A stretch of 64,000 bases of DNA. Source: Octopus vulgaris (taxonomy: Eukaryota). The position numbers were made by a program, and so were the translations under genes. Position 1 is the first letter of the stretch. Every line of letters begins with the position of its first letter. The notes under the pieces are model-generated. The model was not told the origin of the DNA. It saw only the letters and a list, made by a program, of their open reading frames with translations, and ran no database searches. The stretch spans positions 2,790,001 to 2,854,000 of the forward strand of contig OX597822.1 of the NCBI GenBank assembly GCA_951406725.2, given 5' to 3'. Positions 26,404-39,886 of the stretch are shown here, in pieces.

Positions 26404-27465
26404 ATTCATACCTCTCTCAAACCTTATCCATCCCTAAAATTCTTTATATTATTCTATTCTATATTTCATTTCCCCTTTGCCTTTTCCTCCATCCCTGATT
26501 CAAAATCCCTCTCATTTCAGCTGTCAAGTTATTCTATCTTTCATTCGTTACTTCTAACACTTCATAATCTGACATTCCAAATTTTATGCTTCAAACACCT
26601 GTTCTGTCTTCTCTTTCTTTTCTTACTTTTTTTCTTGTTCATCCTCTTCTTCCTTTTCCATTTCTTTTCCATTTCTTCTCTTCTTTTACCTTTCCTCATT
26701 TTCTTTCGCTTGTTTCTCTCTTTCTTTCCTTTCTTTTCTTCCTGTCACCCTCCTTTACATTTCTTTCCATTTTCTTTTCTTTTACTCTCTTCCCTTTTCC
26801 TTCTATTTCTCTTTTTTCTTCTTCTTTTCTTCCCTCATGTTTCATCCTTCCCCAACCTCTTTATCATACTTTCTCCCCACAATCACACCCAGTGACTAAA
26901 AAAACCATAATTATTTATAAATGCACAAAAATCTATCCATTTCCCAGTTACAACATTTCTCGGGATCCCGTATGGCCACAGGTGAAACCCAGAGTAGCAA
27001 GAGGTTAACTCAACTAAAATCTCTATATATATAAACGGCAAAATGTGTGTGTGTGTGTGTGTATGTGTGTGTGTGTGTATGTGTGTCTGTGTGTGAATAA
27101 TGATGGCGGTGTCTTTACGTCCGCGTAACTTAGCGGTTCGGAAAAGTGACCGATAGAATAAGTACTAGGCTTAGAAAGAATAAGTTCTGGGGTTGATTTG
27201 TTCGACTAAAGGCGATGTTCAAGCATGGCCGTAGTGAAATGACTGAAACGAGTAGAAGAATAAGAATACGTACTACAGGTATACATATATGCATACATCA
27301 GCCACGCCAGATAACCACAAACAGCCAAAAGTTGTTTTGACATAAAAATGCCTCGACGTTAGTGTCCGGTTTGCATTCTGCAAAGAGGAAAACATTTAAA
27401 ATAAATCTCGAAAAGATTATACACACATACATATACATACCGGAATAAATTTATGTACGCATACA

Positions 27466-28256
27466 TGGATGGATGGATGGATGGATGGATGGATGGATGG
27501 ATGGATGGATGGATGGATGGATGGATGGATGGATGGTTGGATGGATGGATGGATGGATGGATGGATAGATGGATGGATGGATGGATGGATGGATGGATGG
27601 ATGGATGGATGGATGGATGGATGGATGGATGGACGGACGGACGGACGGACGGACGGACGGACGGACGGATGGATCGATGCACGGACGGACGTATGGATGG
27701 ATGGAAGCAGAGAAAGAGAGATAAGTGGGAAAGGACAGATGGACAGAGAGGAAGGAGTGAATGACGGCGACGATGGATGAATGGATGAATGGGAAATGAG
27801 AGAGAGGGGGGAGAAAAGAAGAAAGGAAGGAAGGAAGGAAGGAAGGAAGGAAGGAAGGAAGGAAGGAAGGAAGGAAAGAAAGAAGGAAGGAAGGAAGGAA
27901 GGAAGGAAAGAAAGAAGGAAAGAAGGAAAGAGATGGGAGAAAGTCGGAGGACGGATGGATGGACTGAAGAAGAAGCTAGCGACGGAGACGAGGAATGGAT
28001 GAATGGATGGATGGATCGAGGGAGTGAAAGAGAGAGAGGGAACAATGGATGAACAGACGAACGGACAGAAGAGTGAGCGGGCATCGGTGGATGGATGGAT
28101 GGATGGATGGGGAGAGGGAAGGAGAGAGGAAAGGTTAAATAAATAGATGTATGAGCGGATACGGATGAATGGACAAGTGGAGAGACAGAGATAAGGAGAT
28201 TCACGGAGAGATGGATGGATGGATGGATGTATGGATGGATGGATAGATGGATGGAC

Positions 28257-28290
<34 letters not shown>

Positions 28291-28304
28291 ACGGATGGAT
28301 GGAC

Positions 28305-28338
<34 letters not shown>

Positions 28339-28376
28339 ATGGATGGATGGACGGATGGATGGATGGATGGACGGAT
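27466..28376. repeat. Compound (GGAT)n/(GGAC)n/(GGAA)n microsatellite
   Basis: Direct reading. Confidence 0.95.
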
Positions 28377-28694
28377 GCATCCATCAATTTCAACGTAGAA
28401 GTGACCAAACGTTCGATAATTGGACAACCGACACATTTAGTTAACGTACGAAATGGATGAGTATCCCGCAGATGTTTGTGCTCTGAGTATAATTCCGGGG
28501 TAATATCAATGTGACGGGGTGTAACAATACTGGGCTTCAGAACAGTTTCAATGTAGTTACACGCGCTCACAAAGCTGTGATCAACTTGTGATATATGGTA
28601 AAAAAAAAAAAAAAGACAGCTGCAGAAGTTGGCATGCAATTGGATCGAACTCGGCTCACAACAGATGGAAAGTGTACTTCATAAACAAACAACC

Positions 28695-29110
28695 TATTTC
28701 TTTATTACCCACAAGGAGCTAAACAGAGAAGGGACAAACAAGGACAGGCAAACGGATTACGTCGATTACATCGTCCCCATTGCGTGACTTGTACTTATTT
28801 AATCGACCCCGAAAGGATGAAAGGCAAAGTCGACCTTGGCGGAATTTGAACTCAGAACGTAGAGGCAGACGAAATTCCTATTTCTTTACTACCCACAAGG
28901 GGCTAAACACAGAGGGGACAAACAAGGACTGACAAACGGATTAAGTCGATTACATCGACCCCAGTGCGTAACTGGTGCTTAATTTATAGATCCCAAAAGG
29001 ATGAAAGGCAAAGTCGGCCTCGGCGGAATTTGAACTCAGAACGTAACGGCAGACGAAATACCGCCAGGCATTTCGCCCGGCGTGCTAACGTTTCTGCCAG
29101 CTCGCCGCCT
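28695..29110 (-). mobile_element. SINE family B dimer with 16-bp TSD
   Basis: Two ~182-bp units and a single head. TSD tcataaacaaacaacc at 28679-28694 and 29111-29126. Confidence 0.9.
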
Positions 29111-29354
29111 TCATAAACAAACAACCATGCCAGCGAATGTAAGGTTGAGAACGGAGTTTGGTGGGGGTGTGAGTGCGTGTTAGTGGGGTGTGTGTATATC
29201 CGTGCCCGTTTACTACATATACATACATATATATATATATGAGCATGAGAGAGAAGTGAATATATATTTATTTAACCCCATGACTTCCACAGCGTCCCAC
29301 AGAATCCATGCCGCATACTACTTATACATCGATGTGTTGTCCACCGAGCATTCT

Positions 29355-29955
29355 TATTTCTTTACTGCCCACAAGGGGCTACACACAGAGGGGACAGACA
29401 ACGACAGACGAACGGATTGAGTCGATTACATTAACCCCAGTGCGTAACTGGTACTTATTTAATCGACCTCGAATGGATGAAAAGCAGAGTCGACCTCGGC
29501 GGAATTTGAACTCAGAACGTAGTTGCAGACGAGATACCTATTTCTTTACTACCCACAAGGGGCTAAACACAGAGAGGACAAACAAGGACAGACAAACGGA
29601 TTAAGTCGATCATATCGACCCCAGTGCGTATCTGGTACTTAATTTATCGATCCCGAAAGGATGAAAGGCAAAGTCGACCTCGGCGAAATTTGAACTCAGA
29701 ACGTAGTGGCAGATGAAATACCTATTTCTTTACTACCCACAAGGGGCTAAACACAAAGAGGACAAACAAGGACAGACAAAGGGATTAAGTCAATTATATC
29801 GCCCCCAGTGCATATCTGGCACTTAATTTATCGACCCCGAAAGGATGAAAGGCAAAGTCGACCTCGGCGGAATTTGAACTCAGAACGTAACGGCAGACGA
29901 AATACCGCCAGGCGTTTCGCCCGGCGTGCTAACCACTCTGCCAGCTCGCCGCCTT
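29355..29955 (-). mobile_element. SINE family B trimer
   Basis: Three ~183-bp units with one head at the 29955 end. Degenerate TSD ttgtccaccgagcatt / tcgtacacgaagcatt. Confidence 0.88.
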
Positions 29956-30589
29956 CGTACACGAAGCATTTTAATGGACGTTCTCTGTATTTTCAATGGA
30001 TGAATCGGTAGACTGTGTTAACTGGATAATGAATGCATACAAAATGCATATCAGAAACATCTGTAAGTCTACAATGCACAAATAAAGGAACAAAGCTCAT
30101 TATCGATGCCTTTCAATCATGAATGTAGGACTAAAATGAGCATCATCGAACTTATGAACTTGTATTTCTGTCGACTTCTGTGAAACTTATTAGAATTTCT
30201 ATTAACATTTGAGCCTTTTAAACATGTTTTGTGTTTTCTGAATTTCCCTTGAAACTTGAAACTCTACAAAACCTTTCTTTATTTTTTTATTTTTAACATT
30301 GATAAGCAAACAATTGCTGAAACTGGTTTGGTAGTTGAAAGAAATCCATAACAAAATTTAAAAAACGATAACAAGTTTTTGAGATTCGGGTGCATTTTCA
30401 ACCCACAAAACAAATTCCCTTATATTTTTTACAACGTGGGAATACACTTCTCTGCAATTATATACCTGTACATATATGTATATATATATATAATAAATAT
30501 ATATATCTGTACATATATGTACATACATATCTATATACATATATATGTATATATATGAATATATATATGTGTATGTGTGTGTGTGTGTG

Positions 30590-30737
30590 TCTGTGTGGTA
30601 AGTAACTTGCTTGCCAACCACATGGTTCCGGGTTCAGTTCACTGCGTAACACCTAGGGTAACTGTCTTCTACTATAGCCTCGGAGCGACTAAAGTCTTGT
30701 GAGCGGATTCGGTAGACGGAAACTGAAGAAAGCCTGT

Positions 30738-30796
<59 letters not shown>

Positions 30797-31270
30797 TCGC
30801 CATGATAGATCGATAACCACAACAGATTCTATATTTGCTCTCCCTGTTTCTTTGTGTGTTCCTTTCTGTGGAAGAGCGTAGGCTCGAAACGTTAAAGACT
30901 TTTTCACTTCCCGTGCGTTAAACTAGTACATATGATTGTTGTCTACACCACCTGTCTTCGTCTTTTGTTTTATTTTTGTGAATTCTTCCTATATACATGC
31001 GTGTGTGTGTGTGCATGTGTATGTGTGTGCGTGTGTGCGTGTGTGTGTGCGTGCGTGTGTGTTTGTGCGTCTGTGCTTGTCCCACCAACATCGCTTGACA
31101 ACCGTTGCTGGTGTGTTTACGTCCTCGTAAACTAGCGGTTCGGTAAAAAAAAACGATAGAATAAGTACTAGTCTTACAAAGAATGATATCCTGGGGTCAA
31201 TTCACTCGACTAAATGCAGTGCTCCAGCATGGGCGCAGTGAAATGATTGAAACAAATAAATGAATAAAAT
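30590..31270 (+). mobile_element. SINE family A interrupted by a hammerhead family E element (30795-30993)
   Basis: Head at 30590-30740 and 3' half at 31070-31270, with the insertion in the internal (AT)n. Confidence 0.8.
30862..30897 (+). ncRNA. Minimal hammerhead-like motif, variant core (duplicate at 34355-34390)
   Basis: cttt CTGTGGA a GAGC-gtag-GCTC GAAAC GTT aaag. Confidence 0.6.
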
Positions 31271-31362
31271 AAAGTTATATATATATATACATACGTGTGT
31301 GTATTTGTGTGTGTATATATATATATGTGTGTGTGTGTATATAAATCTACATGCATCCATAA

Positions 31363-31395
<33 letters not shown>

Positions 31396-31882
31396 TGTAT
31401 GTATGTATGTATGTATGTATGTTTGTATGTATGTATGTATATACAGACATCTATATATACATATATCACACACACACACACACGCCCAGATATATATTCA
31501 TATACCCGCATTAACAACACTGCGCTAAGTAACAACGGACTGAAGTAAAAGCTTAGAAATTGCGGATGTCTTCCAAAACAACGAGCCGAACAAATTAATT
31601 CGCATTTGCCTCGTACAAGGTGTCAGTGGTGAATCTTGAAAAATGCATTTCCTCAAGTCTTTTTTGTGGGTATCGCATCTAAACACGCAATCACATGCAT
31701 ACAGGGAACAGACGCACAAAGACACGCGTGCACATGCATGCATGCACACCTGTACGCACACATCCGCATAAGGAAACATCCGCAAACCAGATTTGTACTA
31801 AACTGAAAATACGTAACCACCGCATGAGTACAAGTTCGTCTACACACGCGCGCGCGCACGCGTATGACCGCGGGCACACACT

Positions 31883-32115
31883 GATTTCTTTATTGCCCAC
31901 AACGGGCTAAACATAGAGGGGACAAACAAGGTCAGACAAACGGATTAAGTCGATTTTATCGACCCCAGTGCGCAACTGGTACTTAATTTATCGACACCGA
32001 AAGGATGAAAGGCAAAGTCGACCTCGATGGATTTTGCACTCAGAACGTAGCGGCAGACGAAATGCCGCTAAGCATATCGTCCGGCGTGCTAATGTTTCTG
32101 CCAGCTCGCCGCCTT
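31883..32115 (-). mobile_element. SINE family B monomer (duplicate at 35373-35605)
   Basis: Full homology to the family B unit plus head. Confidence 0.88.
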
Positions 32116-32498
32116 ATTCAAGGTATCAGTGGTAAATCTTTAAAAATGCATTTCCTAAATTCTTTATTTGAGGGTTTCTCGGCTCAACACGATCGCCGCA
32201 TGCACACACTTGTACAAGCATATTAAGTTCACATGTTTAAATACTCCAAGAGCTCCCTGGACTTCAATACAAGAGCCTTACCGTTTTCTTAGTGAACGGA
32301 TTCAATCCTGCAAAGGAGAGCAAAATAGTAAGCACTAACTACCAGAAATACTAACTCGCACAGGCATACACACATTGATGTATGCAGGTATACACATACA
32401 CACACACACACGTATACGCACATACACATGGATATATATACAAATACACACATACTCACACACACACACATACATGTATATGTTTATATACACACACG

Positions 32499-32541
<43 letters not shown>

Positions 32542-32545
<4 letters not shown>

Positions 32546-32840
32546 CGCAATGGCCTAGTGGTTAGGGCAGTGGACTCGCGGTCGCAGGATCGCGGTTTCG
32601 ATTCCCAGACCGAGCGTTGTGAGTGTTTATTGAGCGAAAACACCTAAAAGCTCCACGAGGCTCCGCAAGGGGTGGTGATCCCTGCTGTACTCTTTCACCA
32701 CTCTTTCTCCGACTCTTTCTTCTGTTGGCCTGCTCGCTTAGCCAGCGGGGTGGCGTCATTCGAAGGCTAAAACAATGCGAACGCATTGTGACCAGCGATG
32801 TGTAGCAACATCTGATGGTCTGGTCGGTCACGTGATCACA
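32542..32840 (+). mobile_element. SINE family C, tail type 1 (duplicate at 36033-36331; partial copy at 37828-37970)
   Basis: gaggcgcaatggcctagtggttagggcagtggactcgcgg...gtttcgattccc head. Confidence 0.88.
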
Positions 32841-32981
32841 TGATATATATATATAAAGGAGACTACATATATATATATTTATATATATATATAGATAGAT
32901 AGATATACACATATATTACATATGTATGTATATATGTAGTATATATCTATATATACATTGAGTGAGAGACAGCGAGACATA

Positions 32982-33098
<117 letters not shown>

Positions 33099-33541
33099 GT
33101 ATGTATGTATGGATGGATGGATGGATGGATGGATGGATGGATGGATGGATGGATGGATGGATGGATGGATGGATGGACGGACGGACGGACGGACGGATGG
33201 ATGGATGGATCTGTATATATATATATATATTCTTTTATTCTTTTACTTGGAACACTGCCTTTTAATCGAAGTAATCGATTATTCTTTGTAAGCCAATTAG
33301 TTTATCGATTTCTTTTTCCGAACCGCTAAGTTGTGGGTACGTAATGACACCAACACTGGTTGTCAAGCGATGGTGGTGGTGCGAGAAACAAACACAAAGA
33401 TTCACACGTAAACATATATACGTACACACACAGACACACAGACACAGACACAGACAGACAGACAGACACACACACGCACACATAGACAGAGACACACACA
33501 CACACACACACACAGACAGACGCACACACACACATATATAT

Positions 33542-34153
33542 ATACTATTTTTATTACTGAATTTGGCGAAACTGCAGTATAAGAGAAGTTAAGTTTGTAA
33601 AAGTTTTTAATTTCCATCTCACTAAATTTATCCAGCTATTGTGTATCTAGTGCACTCTTCGCCTTGAATGTAATGATATATGTATAATATATGGCGTGTA
33701 CTGGTACACCGGCGATTATAATTAATTTTATTGTATCGCATTTATCTTTGTTTACATATTCTCTCGATAAATTTCTGACCGTTAGACGATATACCACAAT
33801 CCCCTATTTTGTCGGGTTTGTTCTGAGTCTGCGCAGTGTTTTGAATAGTTTAGAAAGAGCATTTCGATAGACGCACATGGGTCTATTGATATGGTCTTCC
33901 CATCATTAACAGGAATCTTACTGAAGAGCCAGCCTGAGTAAATAAATACTATTTTTATTACTGAATTTGGCGAAACTGCAGTATAAGAAAAGTTAAGTTT
34001 GTAAAAGTTTTTAATTTTCATCTCACTAAATTTATCCAGCTATTGTGTATCTAGTGCACTCTTCGCCTTGAATGTAATGATATATGTATAATATATGGCG
34101 TGTACTGGTACACCGGCGATTATAATTAATTTTATTGTATCGCATTTATCTTT

Positions 34154-34158
<5 letters not shown>
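33542..34158 (+). mobile_element. Retrozyme-like / Penelope pseudo-LTR element, 1.5 copies of a 404-bp unit
   Basis: 213-bp direct repeats at 33542-33754 and 33946-34158 differ at 2 positions seen. Intact hammerhead, inserted in (AT)n inside a SINE A. Confidence 0.85.
33916..33988 (+). ncRNA. Intact type I hammerhead ribozyme
   Basis: TCTTA CTGAAGA GCCA-[AT-rich loop]-TGGC GAAA CTGCA GTA TAAGA. Canonical core, 5-bp stem I, 4-bp stem II, palindromic stem III (actgcagt), GUA site. Confidence 0.88.
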
Positions 34159-34184
<26 letters not shown>

Positions 34185-34245
34185 AGAATACATACCACGG
34201 GCTTCTTTCAGTTTCTGTCTACCAAATCCACTCACAAGGCTTAGG

Positions 34246-34289
<44 letters not shown>

Positions 34290-34860
34290 TCGCCATGATA
34301 GATCGATAACCACAACAGATTCTATATTTGCTCTCCCTGTTTCTTTGTGTGTTCCTTTCTGTGGAAGAGCGTAGGCTCGAAACGTTAAAGACTTTTTCAC
34401 TTCCCGTGCGTTAAACTAGTGCATATGTTTGTTGTCTACACGACCTGTCTTCGTCTTTTGTTTTATTTTTGTGAATTCTTCCTATATACATGCGTGTGTG
34501 TGTGTGCATGTGTATGTGTGTGCGTGTGTGCGTGTGTGTGTGCGTGCGTGTGTGTTTGTGCGTCTGTGCTTGTCCCACCAACATCGCTTGACAACCGTTG
34601 CTGGTGTGTTTACGTCCTCGTAAACTAGCGGTTCGGTAAAAAAAAAACGATAGAATAAGTACTAGTCTTACAAAGAATGATATCCTGGGGTCAATTCACT
34701 CGACTAAATGCAGTGCTCCAGCATGGGCGCAGTGAAATGATTGAAACAAATAAATGAATAAAATAAAGTTATATATATATATATACATACTTGTGTGTAT
34801 TTGTGTATGTATATATATATATATATGTGTGTGTGTATATAAATCTACATGCATCCATAA

Positions 34861-34893
<33 letters not shown>

Positions 34894-35988
34894 TGTATGT
34901 ATGTATGTATGTTTGTATGTATGTATGTATATACAGACATCTATATATACATATATCACACACACACACACACGCCCAGATATATATTCATATACCCGCA
35001 TTAACAACACTGCGCTAAGTAACAACGGACTGAAGTAAAAGCTTAGAAATTGCGGATGTCTTCCAAAACAACGAGCCGAACAAATTAATTCGCATTTGCC
35101 TCGTACAAGGTGTCAGTGGTGAATCTTGAAAAATGCATTTCCTCAAGTCTTTTTTGTGGGTATCGCATCTAAACACGCAATCACATGCATACAGGGAACA
35201 GACGCACAAAGACACGCGTGCACATGCATGCATGCACACCTGTACGCACACATCCGCATAAGGAAACATCCGCAAACCAGATTTGTACTAAACTGAAAAT
35301 ACGTAACCACCGCATGAGTACAAGTTCGTCTACACACGCGCGCGCGCACGCGTATGACCGCGGGCACACACTGATTTCTTTATTGCCCACAACGGGCTAA
35401 ACATAGAGGGGACAAACAAGGTCAGACAAACGGATTAAGTCGATTTTATCGACCCCAGTGCGCAACTGGTACTTAATTTATCGACACCGAAAGGATGAAA
35501 GGCAAAGTCGACCTCGATGGATTTTGCACTCAGAACGTAGCGGCAGACGAAATGCCGCTAAGCATATCGTCCGGCGTGCTAATGTTTCTGCCAGCTCGCC
35601 GCCTTATTCAAGGTATCAGTGGTAAATCTTTAAAAATGCATTTCCTAAATTCTTTATTTGAGGGTTTCTCGGCTCAACACGATCGCCGCATGCACACACT
35701 TGTACAAGCATATTAAGTTCACATGTTTAAATACTCCAAGAGCTCCCTGGACTTCAATACAAGAGCCTTACCGTTTTCTTAGTGAACGGATTCAATCCTG
35801 CAAAGGAGAGCAAAATAGTAAGCACTAACTACCAGAAATACTAACTCGCACAGGCATACACACATTGATGTATGCAGGTATACACATACACACACACACA
35901 CGTATACGCACATACACATGGATATATATACAAATACACACATACTCACACACACACACATACATGTATATGTTTATATACACACACG

Positions 35989-36033
<45 letters not shown>

Positions 36034-36475
36034 AGGCGCAATGGCCTAGTGGTTAGGGCAGTGGACTCGCGGTCGCAGGATCGCGGTTTCGATTCCCAGA
36101 CCGAGCGTTGTGAGTGTTTATTGAGCGAAAACACCTAAAAGCTCCACGAGGCTCCGCAAGGGGTGGTGATCCCTGCTGTACTCTTTCACCACTCTTTCTC
36201 CGACTCTTTCTTCTGTTGGCCTGCTCGCTTAGCCAGCGGGGTGGCGTCATTCGAAGGCTAAAACAATGCGAACGCATTGTGACCAGCGATGTGTAGCAAC
36301 ATCTGATGGTCTGGTCGGTCACGTGATCACATGATATATATATATAAAGGAGACTACATATATATATATTTATATATATATATAGATAGATAGATATACA
36401 CATATATTACATATGTATGTATATATGTAGTATATATGTATATATACATTGAGTGAGAGACAGCGAGACATATGA

Positions 36476-36589
<114 letters not shown>

Positions 36590-37040
36590 GTATGTATGTA
36601 TGGATGGATGGATGGATGGATGGATGGATGTATGGATGGATGGATGGATGGATGGATGGATGGATGGATGGACGGACGGACGGACGGACGGATGGATGGA
36701 TGGATCTGTATATATATATATATATTCTTTTATTCTTTTACTTGGAACACTGCCTTTTAATCGAAGTAATCGATTATTCTTTGTAAGCCAATTAGTTTAT
36801 CGATTTCTTTTTCCGAACCGCTAAGTTGTGGGTACGTAATGACACCAACACTGGTTGTCAAGCGATGGTGGTGGTGCGAGAAACAAACACAAAGATTCAC
36901 ACGTAAACATATATACGTACACACACAGACACACACACACAGACACAGACAGACAGACACACACACACACGCACACATAGACAGAGACACACACACACGC
37001 ACACACAGACACAGACAGACGCACACACACACATATATAT

Positions 37041-37657
37041 ATACTATTTTTATTACTGAATTTGGCGAAACTGCAGTATAAGAGAAGTTAAGTTTGTAAA
37101 AGTTTTTAATTTCCATCTCACTAAATTTATCCAGCTATTGTGTATCTAGTGCACTCTTCGCCTTGAATGTAATGATATATGTATAATATATGGCGTGTAC
37201 TGGTACACCGGCGATTATAATTAATTTTATTGTATCGCATTTATCTTTGTTTACATATTCTCTCGATAAATTTCTGACCGTTAGACGATATACCACAATC
37301 CCCTATTTTGTCGGGTTTGTTCTGAGTCTGCGCAGTGTTTTGAATAGTTTAGAAAGAGCATTTCGATAGACGCACATGGGTCTATTGATATGGTCTTCCC
37401 ATCATTAACAGGAATCTTACTGAAGAGCCAGCCTGAGTAAATAAATACTATTTTTATTACTGAATTTGGCGAAACTGCAGTATAAGAAAAGTTAAGTTTG
37501 TAAAAGTTTTTAATTTTCATCTCACTAAATTTATCCAGCTATTGTGTATCTAGTGCACTCTTCGCCTTGAATGTAATGATATATGTATAATATATGGCGT
37601 GTACTGGTACACCGGCGATTATAATTAATTTTATTGTATCGCATTTATCTTTGTTTA
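37041..37657 (+). mobile_element. Second copy of the 404-bp-period hammerhead element (ribozyme at 37415-37487)
   Basis: Matches 33542-34158 as part of the 3.5-kb duplication. Confidence 0.85.
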
Positions 37658-37742
37658 TATATATATATATATATATATATAAGAATACATACCACGGGCT
37701 TCTTTCAGTTTCTGTCTACCAAATCCACTCACAAGGCTTAGG

Positions 37743-37799
<57 letters not shown>

Positions 37800-38035
37800 T
37801 ATACATGTATATACATATATGTATATAGAGGCGCAGCGGACTCGCGGTCGCAGGATCGCGGTTTCGATTCTCAGACTGGGCGTTGTGTGTGTTTATTGAG
37901 CGAAAACACCTAAAAGCTCTACGAGGCTCCGGCAGGGGGTGGTGATCCCTGCTGTACTCTTTCACCACAATGGCGGTGTCCCAGCATGGCCACAGCTCAA
38001 GAGCTGAAACTGGAAAAACAAAAAAACAAACAAAA

Positions 38036-38099
<64 letters not shown>

Positions 38100-38146
38100 T
38101 ACATTATACATGTGCGTGTGTGTGTGTCTGCGTATACATAGGTAAT

Positions 38147-38317
<171 letters not shown>

Positions 38318-38847
38318 GGAGAGCGAGAGAGAGAGAGAGGGAGATGTGTATAATTGTACATTTCAGTATAGGTAGTTAAGGGTGTTATTTGAGTTTCGTT
38401 GTGCCCTTGTAAAGGTGTGGTACCCCAATGTAAATCCCACGGCATCTGAGCCAGATTAAATTATGCGAGTCTTATCTGACACACAAGGTCTTGAGTTCGA
38501 GTGGGGGTGGCGTATGCATGTGGAGAAGAGTGGAGCGGAATGGAGCAGAGTAGGGGGAACATGTATTGCGTGATATATGGGTGACGACTGGTGTACACGC
38601 AGCGTGTGAGGAGTGTTGTAATGGGTAGCAAGTCGGGTATGGGTGGAATCAACCGCTCCTCGTTTTAAAAAGTCAGACAGAGTAAAGCTGGAATGCATTT
38701 GTGTATGTGTGAGTGTCTGTGTGAATGTGTGTTTATGTGTGTCTGTGTGTGTGAATGGGGGTGTATATATGTGTGTGCGAATATATGTATGCAGGTGAGG
38801 AGTATTGTGACCGTGTATGTAGGTGTGTGTGTGAGAAATACAGCATA

Positions 38848-38886
<39 letters not shown>

Positions 38887-39081
38887 GCATGTATATGTAC
38901 GTATATTTGTCATACATATATACTGCTATATATATATATATATACATACAATCACAATCACACACACACACACATACACACGCACACACACACAGACACA
39001 CACATGGATATGTATATGCGTGACATAATTTTTATATATTTTCAGAATATTTCTATTTTTTCTTTTTTTCTTTTTATTTAG

Positions 39082-39294
39082 GATGGGCGAGTTTTTCTTT
39101 TCTCACGGTTGAACATAGGATCTGAAGCATTAATTCGACAGCGATACACTGAGACGTAGATTGTTATCGAGATTTACATTGTAATTTGTGAACAACGGCG
39201 TCGACTATACAAACGCGTGAATTACGGTTGCGTTGCAATGGCGGTGGCGAATAAGGAAGTATCTACGTAATTCGGATGGAGCAAACTGCACAAG
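39082..39294 (+). other. Candidate host exon (5' UTR or first coding exon)
   Basis: Long polypyrimidine tract ending tttag| and a downstream aag|gtgttt. Unique CpG-containing sequence. All frames are closed except a late ATG at 39276 (MEQTAQ). Confidence 0.25.
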
Positions 39295-39340
39295 GTGTTT
39301 GTTTTGGCTGTTCTTTTTTTTTTCTGGCTCATAGATTTAT

Positions 39341-39563
39341 CTCTTTTACTCTATTACTTGTTTTAGTCATTTGACTGTGGCCATCCTGGAGCATCGCCTT
39401 TAGTCGAGCAAATCGACACCAGGACTTATTCTTTGTAAACCTAGTACTTATTCTATCGGTCTCCTTTGCCGAACCGCCAAGTTACGGGGACATAAACACA
39501 CCAGCATCGGTTGTCAAGCAATGTTGGGGCGGGGGGGGCAGACACAGACACACAAATACACAC

Positions 39564-39623
<60 letters not shown>

Positions 39624-39778
39624 GACGGGCTTCTTTCAGTTTCCGTCTACCAAATCCACTCACAAGGCTTTGGTCGGCCCGAGGCTATAGTAGAAGACAT
39701 TTGGCCAAGGTGCCACGCAGTGGGACTGAACCCGGAACCAAGTGGTTCGTAAGCAAGCTACTTACCACAGCCAATCCT
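39341..39778 (-). mobile_element. SINE family A, full length
   Basis: Reverse-complement homology to 6511-6950. Confidence 0.92.
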
Positions 39779-39886
39779 CGGCTATTTTCTAAAAATGAGA
39801 CAGACAACATACACATATATACATTAGAGATTAATAATTATGGGTACTAAGAAGCAGTACCGGAATGCTAAATATAGCAGTCAAAA

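Noticed and set aside
26386-27008. Hydrophobic 169-aa membrane-protein-like ORF
   Set aside because: It is a low-complexity CT-rich tract giving F/L/S bias.
27359-28639. 426-aa HPSI-repeat ORF
   Set aside because: It is a translation of (GGAT)n/(GGAA)n microsatellites.
32542-32620. Possible tRNA-Arg gene (also 11187, 26101, 36033)
   Set aside because: A and B boxes are present but there is no proper acceptor stem, and the sequence continues into SINE bodies. These are SINE heads.
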